From the NCBI GenBank assembly GCA_976226885.1, contig OZ320316.1, positions 85,994,001-86,058,000 of the forward strand: DNA of 64,000 nt, written 5' to 3'. The DNA comes from Iphione sp. A-MEVVRFRX5. Lineage: Eukaryota. The position numbers were made by a program, and so were the translations under genes. A model generated the notes under the pieces. The model saw only the letters and a list, made by a program, of their open reading frames with translations, searched no databases and was not told where the DNA came from. This document shows positions 24,131-36,985 of the stretch, one piece after another (position 1 is the first letter of the stretch; each line of letters opens with the position of its first letter).

Positions 24131-27049
24131 CTTTAAGTGAGATACAGTCCTGTACAGCATGTACTTGATATATTACCACTGTATAATGTCCTCGGCTCTG
24201 CTACGAATATTATACAGTGGATGTATATCATGTACAGCGCTCTACTCGTGCTGTGTCTATCACGTATGCTAAATTTTGATCAAATAGTAAATATAACATG
24301 GATAGCACAGCTCATATAGTGACCACTATGCACTATGCAAGAGCGTATTGTGACTGTAGTGACCATTTATAATTAGAAAAATCTACAATTATGGACTGGG
24401 AGGAAACAGTTCACTTGTCCTTGCTATCTGAGACTGCTCAAAAAAGAATCAACATCAAAAGAACTCATATTACTGTTTCGGAATATGAGGATACCCGATT
24501 AGCCTTGGCATACGTTTGACAGACTAACTGATGTATTCTTATGGTATGTATATGTTAATGAGGGCAGTTTAAGTCAGTCAAGTACACGTTTGTTATTGCT
24601 AACAAAGGAACCTAATCCAACTGTAATAGACACTGAGATAAACAGTTTTTTTATGATGTCCGGTTTTTGTGATACCCAAGGTTTGTGTAATTTTGCCAAC
24701 TAAAGGAGCGGTGAGAAGCAAAACAACGTACGAATAGGAATAAGGGGGCGGATACTAGATAACAGGAAATATTGCCATATTTATAATTAGTAGAAAATGG
24801 TAGAGGTCGGAACAGCTAGCTGTCATATGATACGAGTAACGGGAAACAATAAAGCGAAGAGGAATTATACATATTCTAGGCATGTTGTAAGAGCGCATGT
24901 AGTTACATGTTATGATTCATTGTTAGGATTCATTGAGCGTATTTCGGTACATACAGTTAATGGTCTCGCGAATCCACCTCCTTATTATACATGCACATAC
25001 AAGTTTTTATAAGAGAGAGGGCTGTCACTCGATTCAATGATGTCTTCTAAGTCTTTGCCCGACCAATAATCAAGTAGAGGGCAAGATGAATCACAGGCAA
25101 ACAGAGCTTTATAGCAACCAATCGAAATTGATATAGATTTTTTTTTCCGAAATGAATTGATATAAAATATTTCTTTCATCTTAGATCTAGACCTAAATAA
25201 ATTTGTATGTAATGTACAAGAAAGGACATATATAAACTGTGGACTTGTTATTACATATGCATATGGTATGCGTTCTGGGGTCATTTCTACTCGTCATCTG
25301 CTTTTGTCCTGCTAAATGATGCTGCCCGGCGGCCATTCTATTCAGCCACCTGACAGACATATAAACGGCTGTCTCCTACCATGCACCACTAAAGTGTACT
25401 AAAGGACCTTCCTAAAGCAAGGGCGCGTAACTTCCCTCGAGAAGGATTTCTTGTAAACATATCGATGATATCGAAATCCATTAGCAGAGAACACATCGGC
25501 TGAACTTCTTTTGTTACTGAAGAGAGTCCTGACGGATTCGTTAAAGCCACACAGACCCACATTGTGACTGATAGAGCTCATGTTCGGAAACCATTCATTC
25601 AGTAATTGCTTGCAATGATGAGCAACTAGCTTCTGAAAACACCGAAAAATCAGTATGAAGGAAATTTGATTGGCAACTATGGAAGCATTAACTCTACACG
25701 AATATTCGTTATGAAAAATGTGTCACAAGCAGTGGTGAATGTGTCACCTGAATTTCAGGGCGTCTTACAACCTCCTGTGAGGCCTTTAAATTAGACGCGG
25801 TGATACAGTCGTACCAATGTGTTAAAGTGCACATGTGCACATGTATGTATGTTCCACATCGAAATTTCCACATACAATTGTTAGCTAGCTATTTCTTCGA
25901 GGAGATCATTGCAAACAATGGTCCCAGTGGGAGGAATACTGTATCAGGTTTCATAGCTAGTCTGGCTCTGAGGAATTCTATGGAGGACCGTCAGTACATC
26001 ATTGGGAAATTACCTAAAAGGCCAACAGAGAGATGCACACATTTTCTCTGGCGAACTTGTGTAAGATGTTAGTTAATACCTGAAGAATTTCCATGGCACT
26101 GCAAGTTATTTGGGGAGAATGCTGCTTTGGTTCCTATGGTTTGAAAGGTGACAGCTGATTGACCAGCCTATTCACGAGTAGGGATGTTAAAACCATCCCA
26201 AAATGATTCCTAAATTTATCATGGTGTTAAGAGCCAAAATATGGCCAACTCACAAGTGATACCACATTTGGGACGCTTAATTCACCAGTCTTCGCTACAG
26301 TACAAGATTACCAACGAGATACGCCTCTTACATATAATATATAGACAATAACAACTCTGACAACACAGAATGGAGCTCAAACAACATTCTCCAACCCAAG
26401 TCAAACCCAAGACTTAAATTTTGTAATGTGAGCTTGGGCTCTGACAAGGAAGGTGATGAGAAATAATGACAACAATCATAAAATATGGTTCACTCCAAAT
26501 GCAGAAATTTAGCCTGCTGAAATAGTGCTCTCTCATAGTGCAATTGAGAGAATAACTGTTTATTACAGGGAAAAGTATATCCCTATATACTCCTGTTGAC
26601 AAGTCACATGACACTGTGAATACATAAGAGTTTCCAAAATAAGTAACTGTCTAGACAACTGTCTGGACCAGCTACTAAAAATAATGATGCTCCAGACATG
26701 TTTGACTCCTGTTCTAAAAATAGACATCGTCTAGACATCCTGTCTAGACCATTGCCAAAAATGACTCCTACAACCTCCTGATTGGTTGCTCCTCTAGTTG
26801 CTCCTGTAAGATTACCAGAGTGGTTACTGGAGTAGCCATGTGATCACTCTTACACAATACCTAGACACCAGATTTTGCAATAACAATCAACCCTGATGTC
26901 TATTCTTAGCTCCTACTCCCACCATGTGGTGAGAACTAGCGGATGACGAACACATCTCCACTGTGATTTCTTCTGAAACAACTTCGCCCTACCACTTCCA
27001 GTGTCATGAAGAAGCAGGAAGAATCACCGGCACCCAAGAAGCAGTGCAG

Positions 27050-28655
27050 AGATGAAAACAATCTCAAAAGCTGAAAACCACTTTTCTAGGAAATCTACAA
27101 TCTACCGAATCTGTCATAGACCTTCTCACGCTGACTTCTATACCCCAATCATATCTGGACACCTCAGATCCCTTAAAACCCATGTCTGAAGTGTATTTAT
27201 TTTTCCTAAACAGGACACTGAAGCCCATTAAAATGGCCGTCCAAAAATAACATCATGGGCATCGGGGGGGTGTAAAGCCCATTTTATGACAAAAAACACT
27301 CCTAAAAAAATAGTTCTGAATTGAACTGTTGGTTGGCCTCTGGAAAAGAAGCCACCAAACAAACATAGCTGTTCCGCTGAACAGGGAAAAGACTTCAAAC
27401 CAAAGTCCTCACAGAATCTCAGTACATATCTCTCTATCTAGTCCTCGTCTTGATTATATTTGGAACAGGACCTAATTGTATCAACCTCTCTGTTCTTCTC
27501 TCCAGATGCACAGGTTTCCTACAAATAGAGTAAATAACTTCCTTACAACAGGTTCCTTCCAAAAATTTGGTATCTAACAACCTAGAGGTATAATCATGGC
27601 ATGAAAATTCTAGACAAACAATCAATAACAATTTCTTCTGTAGAGACATACTCAGAACACATGTCTATATTTAAGAAGCTGCACATCCACAACAGAAGGT
27701 AAATATCCACCACAACTCCCTTAACCAATCCATACACGTTGTGTTTAAGCTCCTACTGGTCCTAATCGTATGTAGGACCTGTTGTCAGTATACATGATCA
27801 CCCTGCTATTCGACCAAACCTCCTACCATCTATGCAATGCAGATATGACGGCTCACAATTCACAAACATTGGTATTGGTGTTAGGACCTTCAATACTTTC
27901 GCCATCAGCATCATGATGAGAAGAACTCCCTGACTCCCCCACAGGATGACGTTTCCAAGAACCTACAAACCAATCCTCTGCAAAGAAAGCTCCAAAGCCT
28001 TCCAAAAATAAATCCGTGCAACAGACAATTTACTTGACCATATCCCATCAAACTTTTTGCTCTACTAAAGAAACCGGCAAACACATTCCACCAACGTAGC
28101 TTGTCCCTAACCGTTGTTAGGGAGAGCTAGTTTAGCTCTGGCCCTTCTCAAGGACTAACAAATCATATACACATGTACATACCTGGTGTACATATGACCT
28201 CCTTTGATGACTAGGGAACGATGGGCAAGCAAACCACCAAGCGTCTCTGCCTCCTACAAGTCTAGCTTGCTTGATTCTAAAATAGATTTAATCTTAGTCC
28301 TCAACAAGACCAGGAAGCCATATCAAGAGGGGCTATTTCTACACCCAAGAAGACGCAAACTAAAGTGGGGGATACTTATTTTTTGCAGCTACTTCGAAAG
28401 CCTGTTCTTCAATGATGCCAAATAAGAGAGACGCCATAACTACAATCCTCCTTAGTCGGACCTATAGAAGTCATCCAGCCAGAAAGTCATCCAGCTAATT
28501 CACCGGACCATAACTACAAGTGGATAGAAAGATATCCCTGACTAAATTAGATATCTGAGAGTATATGTGGGGCACATACAGAAGGCCAAAAAATAGTTGC
28601 CTTTCTGGGTACAATCAGCCCAAAACGTATTTAGGGAAGGGGAATCTTTTTTTAA
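27050..28655 (-). mobile_element. DIRS-order (Ngaro-like) retrotransposon, 3' half: RT core, RNase H and the N-terminal part of the tyrosine-recombinase ORF (pseudogenised)
   Basis: FFGLLYVPHIYSQISNLVR..N*LDDFL (~28480-28600), VFLGVEI, GGLLAHRSLVIKGG, RNase H-like NVCEL*AVISALHRW..VIMYTDN..WLRELWW, and CEDFGLKSFPCSAEQLCLF (~27350-27420). Confidence 0.75.
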
Positions 28656-29989
28656 ATTTTCTTTTAGAACCTTCTTTTGGCTTTCAACAGTACTAAAGAC
28701 AATATAAAGAAGGCCTTGCATGGTGACTTTCATCCCTACATGCCTTTTACATAGAGTACACAGACTAAGGAGCCTTTTCCATGTGTGCAGATTGAAAAAC
28801 CACATATGGGACTAGACTTCAGGAAGTCTGCAACAGTGCAACAGGTGGCAGGCAGGCTTTTCCATGTATATGAGTTATTTGCACTGTCATATACATGTAT
28901 ATAGTTTATAGATTATATAAATTGGCCTAGTTATCATGTTAATTATGTATTTAATTGCTTATCATTAGCATAAAATACACAATGTCTACTGATATGCCTC
29001 ACTTTCTACCAAAAACATACACACTTTCCACCAATGTGCCTCATGTTCCACAAAATTATATTCTATTCTGTTCTACTCTGTTCTATTCTCTGCTATGGGG
29101 TCCACACAATCTCCAATCCAGAACAGGGTGGCGGTGGATCAGACCATCATCAGTTGGAAGTCTGCACCTGCATACAGGACAGGAATATCCACATGCATTG
29201 AAAGAGCTCCTAACACTTCACCAAAGAGATATACTCCTTTCTCCATTTAAGCCAGCACAATAGTAATAAATACCATATCAGCCAATGGAAAAGCCATCAC
29301 AAGGGGTTTCCATTGGACCTTGACAGGTCATCTGTCTGAAATGTGACCCGTTCTGGCGAAATGAGTCAGAAGTAAAAACAAAATCTAATTTAAGCTATTT
29401 ATTCCATCAACAAAATGCTGTTTCTTACCTTTCTAATGAGGTATAGCATGTCTTCCTACCATAATTAGGCAAAATAAAGTGATGCAACAAAGTTATGTAG
29501 TGATGCGGTAAACCGTAAATGAGAAACTGAGATATTGGCCTTTGAAGTTTTGGTAGGGGCACTCTACCACAGGTCTTCCTAACAACAGATATTTCTTATT
29601 CCTCAATCTTTCTGAAACTCAACATAGTCTATCTACGCTATCTAAACTACAAAATACCAAAAGAATCATGCATTTTGAGACATAATATTTTATTCATGCT
29701 GACCTCTGAAAATGTGACAAAATCTCGCTCTGGAATGGAAACTTAACCTAAAAAGGCAAGCACAAAGTATCACAGTACCTCCATCTAGAAGCTTAAAAAG
29801 GGCTGTAGGTTGACCCTGGTCTTGAAAAATAGTCTGTGTAAGTGTTCATGGTTGTCTTGGGTTGATTAAAAGCATAATCTTGGAGGTTGTAATAAAAAAA
29901 TAATTATAAAAATAAACTGTCTTGAACAAAGTCTTTATACAAATTATTAATAAGCATCCATTTGTAGTTTTTAAGCCATGCTTAGGTTG

Positions 29990-30250
29990 TGGCTGTGGCT
30001 GTGGCTCTGGTTCAAAGTCAGAGTCCTGGTCTGAACTAGAACTCTCCATTTGTCTTAACATCTCCTCCTCCTCCTCCTCCTCCTCCTCTGAAGTGTCTAA
30101 GGTCTGGGCACACCCACAGTGCCAACCTCTGCCTCTGCCTCTGCCCCTGCCTCTGCCTCTGTCCTGGCCTCTGCCCCAGCCTCTGCCTTGTGCAGGGCCT
30201 TCCTCGGGAGGTCCTGGAGCTGGGCCTGGAGCTGGTCCTGCCTCTGTATC
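29990..30250. repeat. Low-complexity hexamer/trimer repeats at the transposase C-terminus
   Basis: (GGCTGT)n, (CCT)n, (CCTCTG)n and (CCTGGAGCTGGG)n read as EEEE, GRGRG and PGPAPG on the minus strand. Confidence 0.85.
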
Positions 30251-32150
30251 TGACTCTGCTTCTTTCACAGTCGCCTGAGGAACAGAGGGCATTGGGCACA
30301 TGATGTCTTTGATCTCCTCTGTGCAGAAGTCTTTTATGTTCTTCAACAGATACCACTGTCTCTTGGTAGACAAACCAGGGAACCAGATGAGGGAACAGGT
30401 GTAGGAGTGTCTCTGAAGACAGCTTGGGGGTTAACACTTAGCATCTTGAGAGTGTTTGGCTGGCTGTCTACATACTGATGGAAGGAGATAACCCTGGGGT
30501 TCTGGTTTGAAAACTCAAAATGGTGAAGTTGCTTAATACATTGCAAACGTCAGACAAAAGGTGAAAGGAAAGCTTGCCAGTCATAGGATGGCACATGAAC
30601 ATTCCCAGACTCATGGCCAACAAGTTGGGGAACATTGACCTTATCCTGGGTACTCTTAAGTACTGTCTGAGACAACTGGGATAGGCTAGAGACAGATTCA
30701 CACCGAAACTTCTGTTTCAGCAAACCAAAACACCAGTCTGGGACAAACTTTGTGTGGCCAGTAATAAGAAAGTTAAGAGTAATCGTTTGGTGATGACAAG
30801 TCAGGACCCTCCACATGAGATATGCTAGTACCCAATTGTCCTTGTTCTGGCCACTGCAGTTGTCACAGTGCAGATCAACAGAGCATGACCCCAGATCAAA
30901 CATCTCAAAATAGTGGTGCAAATATGAGATTATAGCATTGGCTCCCTTACTCCCACAGTGTCCTTCATCTATAAGATAGTTGACCTGCTTTGACTAGAAA
31001 ATAAAGTGGTCCAGGCTGCATGGGGGAAGAGGGGAGGTGGACCTGCTGGGCATAGTCATAACTGTTGTGAGTAGCTACATCAACAGAACAGGGTGGGTGT
31101 GGACCAAGGGCTAGGGCATTGGCTTCCCGATATGCAGCCTTGGCATTCTTCACCGTATTCTGATAAAATGTCCTTTGCACTGTTACTACCTCCAGATGTT
31201 TCTGAAGCTTCTAAAGTTTTGCTGCTTGACTATCTCAGGGAGATTACTAGATGAGGAAATGTCCCTGTAGATATGTTGACATTCTGAACATAGGTCAGTT
31301 CTGGGGCGGGAACAAACTATACAGGGAAGAAGTTGCAGCCACAGATTCCAGAATGTAGAGTCTGCTACACACCTGTACTGAGACTCCTCATAGCCTAACG
31401 ATATAGTTTGTAGATGTCCGCCTTAGTGGCAGACAAGGAGAGGAGGAGGATATCATCATGCTTGTGGGTAGCTACACGGCCAGGTAGGACAAGGGCATTG
31501 GTCTCTGCATATGAGGTGATGAACCCTGCAACTCTCTGGATGTCGGTGAGGTGGAGGATCTTGGTTTTGGACTGTCTGCCACCAGCCCTCTTGACAATGC
31601 CATTGTCCTTATACCATTGAATGATATAGGTGCATTTGTTTTGGCTGATGCTAGAAGGTAAAATGAAACACCCTTAACATCTAACCAAAACAGAAGGCCA
31701 CCAATGCAAGTGGGTTATACCATCTAATTGGTGGGTGGTTACATACTCCAAATCCATGACTCTCTGATATACTTATTTATTAATTAGAAATACTACTATT
31801 ACTACTATAAATACATGGAAATTACATTTTATTATTGTGATATCTGGAAGGAAAAAAGTACAAAGAGGAGGGATACTCACACATACATAAACTTAAAGGT
31901 GTCCCTGCAAATGACCTTGGAACCAATCATGTTGTGGCTGTGCAGAGCACGTCTTTCATGCCTCCCCTTTCCCCCCTTCTCCCATGTTGATATCATAGCA
32001 CTTATGTCTGCAACTGTGCTTATTATGCCTTGGAGTAGCATGTTCTTTTCCCCTAGAAGAGATGGTATAATATTACGTCTCATCAAGATGAATAGGATTG
32101 ACATAGGTTTGTTTTTTCTGGTAAGGTGAAATTGACAAGATAATAGTAAT
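30250..32150 (-). pseudogene. Disrupted Sola-type transposase with a spliceosomal intron (31880-31651)
   Basis: CRDTFKFMY|VISQNK, RPRTDLCSECQ, YDYAQQVHLP..QPGPLYFL, QVNYLIDEG..KGANAIISYLHHYF, HCDNCSGQNK, GHTKFVPDWCFG, QWYLLKNIKDFC. It carries in-frame stops, frameshifts and an apparent short deletion near 30990. Confidence 0.8.
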
Positions 32151-33738
32151 AATAAATTAATAATTTTGGCAAATTTCAAATCAAAGTGATCTTTGGAAAA
32201 TGGTCACTGACAATCTCAACAAGTTTTACAACAAGTTTGGGAAGCAATAAGTACCTGAGGACAGCTGGATAACTTCCTGCTGTCTGTCTGTCAACTCGGT
32301 TGCCATGAACTGCTACATTTGTCATTATTGTAGTGTTTGCAAGAACACCTACAGGAAATGTTCACAGTCACATGGTCAGTTTCCCATAGTTTAAAAAAAT
32401 TTAGAATGACCCTAAATATAACAGTAAAAAACCAATTCTAACATGTTCACAGACCCATGCCCACTCACCGCGAAGTCAGACATTCAAACTGACCAAACAA
32501 ATGCATGCAGGAAGCTCTCTACCAATCAGCACACTGCACTCGTTACACGTGACTCCCGTGGCATTGATTGTTTATGTCATGGCTCTCTTTAAAATGCCTG
32601 GTCATTGGTCCGAAAGAATGCACTTTCAAAATCTGAAGACGTCATTGGCTAGAGAACTACATGCCCTTTCAGCAGGTACCCAGGAAGTGGGCTTAGGATG
32701 ATGGAGGACCACAAGGCAAGCTGCTGAAGTTTGAAAAAATAGCCCCGAGCAAGGGTTCTTTTCTCATTGTGCACTCAAGCGTCTACCAACTTCAGAGCCA
32801 TATTGCAGACACTTATAGTCATCATAGGAGTCTAATATTTACATACAATATATTTCAGACATGATAGATGTGAAAACAATTAAAACCCCATTTTCAATAA
32901 TTTGACTGACATCCAACTTTGGAGGCCCATGTCTTGGTTTCAGCCCCTGCGACTTCTGACTCATTTCACCAGAATGGGTCACAAAAAGGATAAAATAAAT
33001 CACTTGTACTCTATGCAGGTAATTTACATTGCTTTATTAAATTTTAAGATTTCAAGTTTATTTTATAGTGGCCTTGCATATTTCCCTCTTCCTCTGCCTC
33101 TTACCTAAATTGTGAATTCGTTTAGAGGTGTATTTTCACAGCCATGACAGTGTGTATTAGGGGGAACTCTGAATCATACTAGAACTGTTTTCTTATACAT
33201 GTACTGTGTAGTGCATACAGTACATGTAGCATGTTTTCATGTAAGTGCCACCATGTCATCGGATTAGAAAGGTTCCCATTTTTCACCTCTATGTATGCAT
33301 GTTTTACATAACAGTATAGGAAAAGTGGGATTGAAATCACCTTATTAGCTATGTTTCATGGAAAAAGAAAATTTCCCTCAAATTTTCCCACACCTGTTCA
33401 GTAGTTTTGCCATTTTTCTGTCAAATTTGCATGATTTTCACCATTTTTCATTAAAAATTTGGTGAGTTCTGTCATTTTTCAGCTAAATTGGTATGAATTT
33501 AGCTTTTCTCAGGGCAAGTTTAGATGAAACTTGCTGTTTTCTTCCTTTTTTCTGACCAATTTGATGAGTTTTGCAAGTGTTTTTTTGCTGAATTTGTATT
33601 GATTTTGTTGTTTTTCTACTGAAGCTATCAAAAATACCTAATGTAAAAACACACATCTAAGACAATATGGTCTTGGGAACTCATCGCTGCACAGAAATGT
33701 TTAGGTATGGTGGGGTTTTATTTGGTATTGGTGGGTAA

Positions 33739-33772
33739 CCAGAAACACACCTATTTTTGGGGGGGGGGCCTA
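33739..33772. mobile_element. Isolated right TIR of the 9468-9790 MITE family
   Basis: CCAGAAACACACCTATTTTT..CC|TAA. Confidence 0.55.
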
Positions 33773-33821
33773 AAACCGTAGGTAAGGGTGTTGTTTACGA
33801 AATAGGACTCCTCCCCATTAA

Positions 33822-34155
33822 CCCTATAAGGGCAGATGATGCCTGAAAGCTTTACCATGCAAAAGCCTGATAGTGCATGAAGGATAAATGATGCCTTGAG
33901 GCATCATGGATGAGGGTATGTTTTTGAAGTGTTTCTTGGATTTTTGTGACTTTTTCCATGAAGAGCACATGTAAAGTAATTACAATAAGCTCATTTTCCT
34001 TTACCAACTTTGTACAAGAAATCATTGCCATTCATAAACCTTGTATGTAGCAGGCTTGGAATTGTATTATTATAAACCCCCGCGTCCTCTGGGAGGCTGT
34101 TTAACTAGGTATCCTCACTTAATTGTGAGATTATACTGGTGCAGCCTTGAATGGG
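33822..34155. mobile_element. Possible piggyBac-type non-autonomous element
   Basis: TTAA|CCCTATAAGGGC ... GCAGCCTTGAATGGG|TTAA. The TIR match is only partial. Confidence 0.35.
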
Positions 34156-34159
34156 TTAA

Positions 34160-36040
34160 GACTCCAATGAAATCTCTAGAATGACCTGCCTTTGGCTCTA
34201 AATAGAACTGATCTGTAGGAACTTTCTATATCAACAATACCATTGTCAATAGAGTTATCGAAAAAGACCTCAAAGCACTCTTCCATCTGGTCATTGATCA
34301 ACCTACCTAAGGGCCTTGTGCAGTCAGTTATAGATCTGAGACTACCATCTGTTTTTCTGACTCCACCCATAGCATGAAAACACCTAGGTCTTTCCTCAAA
34401 CTTTTGAAATATAGTCCTTCTCTAGCTCCCTTCTCACCTTCTCGTCCATCTGTTCTCAGCGTACCTTCCGTTATTGACTTGTAATTAGAACAATCATACC
34501 ATAAATATACATTGGCATTAATGATCTTGAAGCCAAGAACCACCCCCTCTCACAGGAAGAAAGAATTGTCATTACCCAACAAACCACCAAAGCAGGGTTG
34601 GAAAAGTCTACATGGGTGCAACAAGGATTTCACACCTCCTTTGTTAAAGACAATATATGAAGGCTTTCTTACATTTTGCTTTAGATCACCTTCTACACGG
34701 CAGCTAGCAGGACCTTCATTACTTTGTTTAAATAGTCCACTACATTAGCCCATCGGAACAACTGTTACGTCATGCATAACTAATCAACCAATTAGAAAAA
34801 TTAGTAACATTCTCTTTGCAATCCAAGATGGACTCTGTTTGATGTCATTCCGTCTTACATTGGTAATAGACTCACTTTTACACAAAGAATATCAATCAAT
34901 AAGTGAAATATTTGCCTAATTTCCAGTCTGCACCCAGTCAGTCCTTCTTCGAATTTGTCTGCCTTTTACCAGATCCTACATTGTTGAAGTTCTTCAAACA
35001 TTTATACCCACGGTCACCCGCATCATTGCAAACAAGACAACCATGCTTGAAGTTACCATTCCCACCTTCACAAGATCCAATATTCCACCTATAACAAATC
35101 TTATCTGATGTGCTCCTACCATCTGAAGGTGTTTTACCTTTAACATTTTTCTTTTTGTCATTTTGGATCTGGGCATCAAACCCTAAGAGGTCCCTAACAA
35201 CATTGTCGTTACCAAAGCTGAAGAACGATATGGCTTTCTTCTCTGCTTTATATCAGATTTCTGCGTCATATTCAATCAATGGCAAAACCAAATACCTGTT
35301 CTTGAACTTCCTGCTGGTCAAAAATCTCAGGTGATATAGCTAACTATATCTTCACATTTACATGCACGTTTCCTCAACAATTCGAGAGATCCCAGCCAAT
35401 AACTTGATCGAAATTGTTTTAAAGATTTTATCCAGTCCTTTTATAGCAACCTGCGTTCTCTTTTTACCTCTCTCAGATTCAATTTCTTCTTCCCTCTTGA
35501 AGACGTTTCATCAGAATCAGACCCACTTTGACCATCAGAAGAGGACGGCAAGTCAGTGTCACTGCCTTCACCACAAATGTCAAACAATAAAGTTTTTTTG
35601 GACGATAATGAATCTGTAGCCCTGTCTTTCTGAGATCCATAACAGCTAGATGTACCTCTAACATTACCATTACTATTATCCTCGATATTCACAGGTGAAG
35701 AATCCTCCAAGTTTGATAATATTGAGCCTAGCATAGACCCATTCCTTGCTACACAACCATCACTATCATCTCCACGTGATAACTCCATCGATATATCAGC
35801 AATATCCTCTGAAACCACGTTGTGTTTCTTCCCAATACGAGGTAAGTGCATCCCATTGTATTTCATATAGTTGTTCTCCATCACCAGGATGGAAAGAAGC
35901 AAAACAGGCTGCGGCAGAGCCAAAACATCTTCACAAGCCAAAATTTAAAAGCGAAGTGCGTTTGATGGAACATAATGTCATAAAAGCAGGTAGGTGCTAT
36001 AGCTACGAAGCATTGTATATCTGGTTACTATTGGAATAGT
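34160..36040 (-). mobile_element. DIRS-order (Ngaro-like) retrotransposon, 5' half: gag-like ORF and RT N-terminus
   Basis: A gag-like region with CYRWNIGSC..FKHGCLVC (~35020-35110), then NYKSITEG..QMDEKVRRELEKDYI, PRCFHAMGGVRKTDGSLRSITDCTRP and IVDIESSYRSV, stopping at ~34160. Confidence 0.78.
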
Positions 36041-36483
36041 CCATCGTTTGCATATGAACCTATATCTATTTATATAATATATAAAGTATACAGTCAACTT
36101 TCAACTAGGAGATCTTTGTTAAAACTGCAGAAATCTGATCTCTGTTGGAGTCTGGTCTCCTTTGTGATCTTTTTCTACATAGGAAATAATATGTGTATGG
36201 TACTAAATACATTGAACCATTCTGCGTTCTGGTCTTCCCTGAAAACGGGTCTTTAAGTGAGCGTCAGCCACACATATATATATGTATTTAAATACACCAG
36301 TACTGTCTGTATATAATTGTGTTTTCTTACCTAATGATATGGTTTTATCAACTCACCCTTTTCAGCAGATACGCGTTGCGCAAGAAATTGGGGCAGTGTG
36401 TAATTCTATTCCAAATTCCCCAGAGGGAGGGGGAAAAACAATTATCTTTATTCTCTTATAAAAATACATGTATGATAGAGAAG

Positions 36484-36486
<3 letters not shown>

Positions 36487-36515
<29 letters not shown>
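36487..36515. repeat. (AT)n microsatellite
   Basis: Direct reading. Confidence 0.95.
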
Positions 36516-36516
<1 letters not shown>

Positions 36517-36985
36517 CACAGAGACAACAGACACACGACGCGTTTCTGTCTGACTTCTCCGACACACCTGTACATGTTTTTCAGAGTTTTCAGAGGTGGA
36601 ACTCTTTTTGGCTTTGCAAGGTGCCGGAAAGCCAAAGTGAGATCCAGGCTGCACCTTCCGACAGTCAATTTCTCTATTCTGGTGACGACTGTGACCCATT
36701 TACCCGCTGAAAGCAAACAGTGAACCTGCGCACATCATGACACACAAACGGAGGTGCGTTTCCTAGGCATTTCACCTGCGAATACGTTGGCGGTCAATAC
36801 CCAGTTTGTCAGGGCGGAGGGCATCCTTTACGCAACAACATTTCCAATATCCGTAGTTTTTACAGTACCACACTGCCTGTGAATCATAATTTCATAAAAA
36901 TAATCATCTGCCATAGGAGCATGGTCAGCCTACCGTAATAACATATCACTGTCATTTACTAAAGAACGAGAATTGTCGATGACTC

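Larger units (their letters stand above)
29343..32982 (-). mobile_element. Sola-like DDD DNA transposon (3.64 kb) with TIRs
   Basis: ~31-bp TIRs GTGACCCGTTCTGGCGAAATGAGTCAGAAGT / ACTTCTGACTCATTTCACCAGAATGGGTCAC (2 mismatches). The flanks are AAAT and AAAA (AWWT-like 4-bp site). Confidence 0.8.

Noticed and set aside
24200-26900. Short ORFs in the spacer between the otopetrin genes
   Set aside because: No motifs or consistent splice chain were found.
29846-30437. Three overlapping ORFs of 118-175 aa
   Set aside because: They stay open because of low-complexity repeats at the transposase tail; they are not separate genes.
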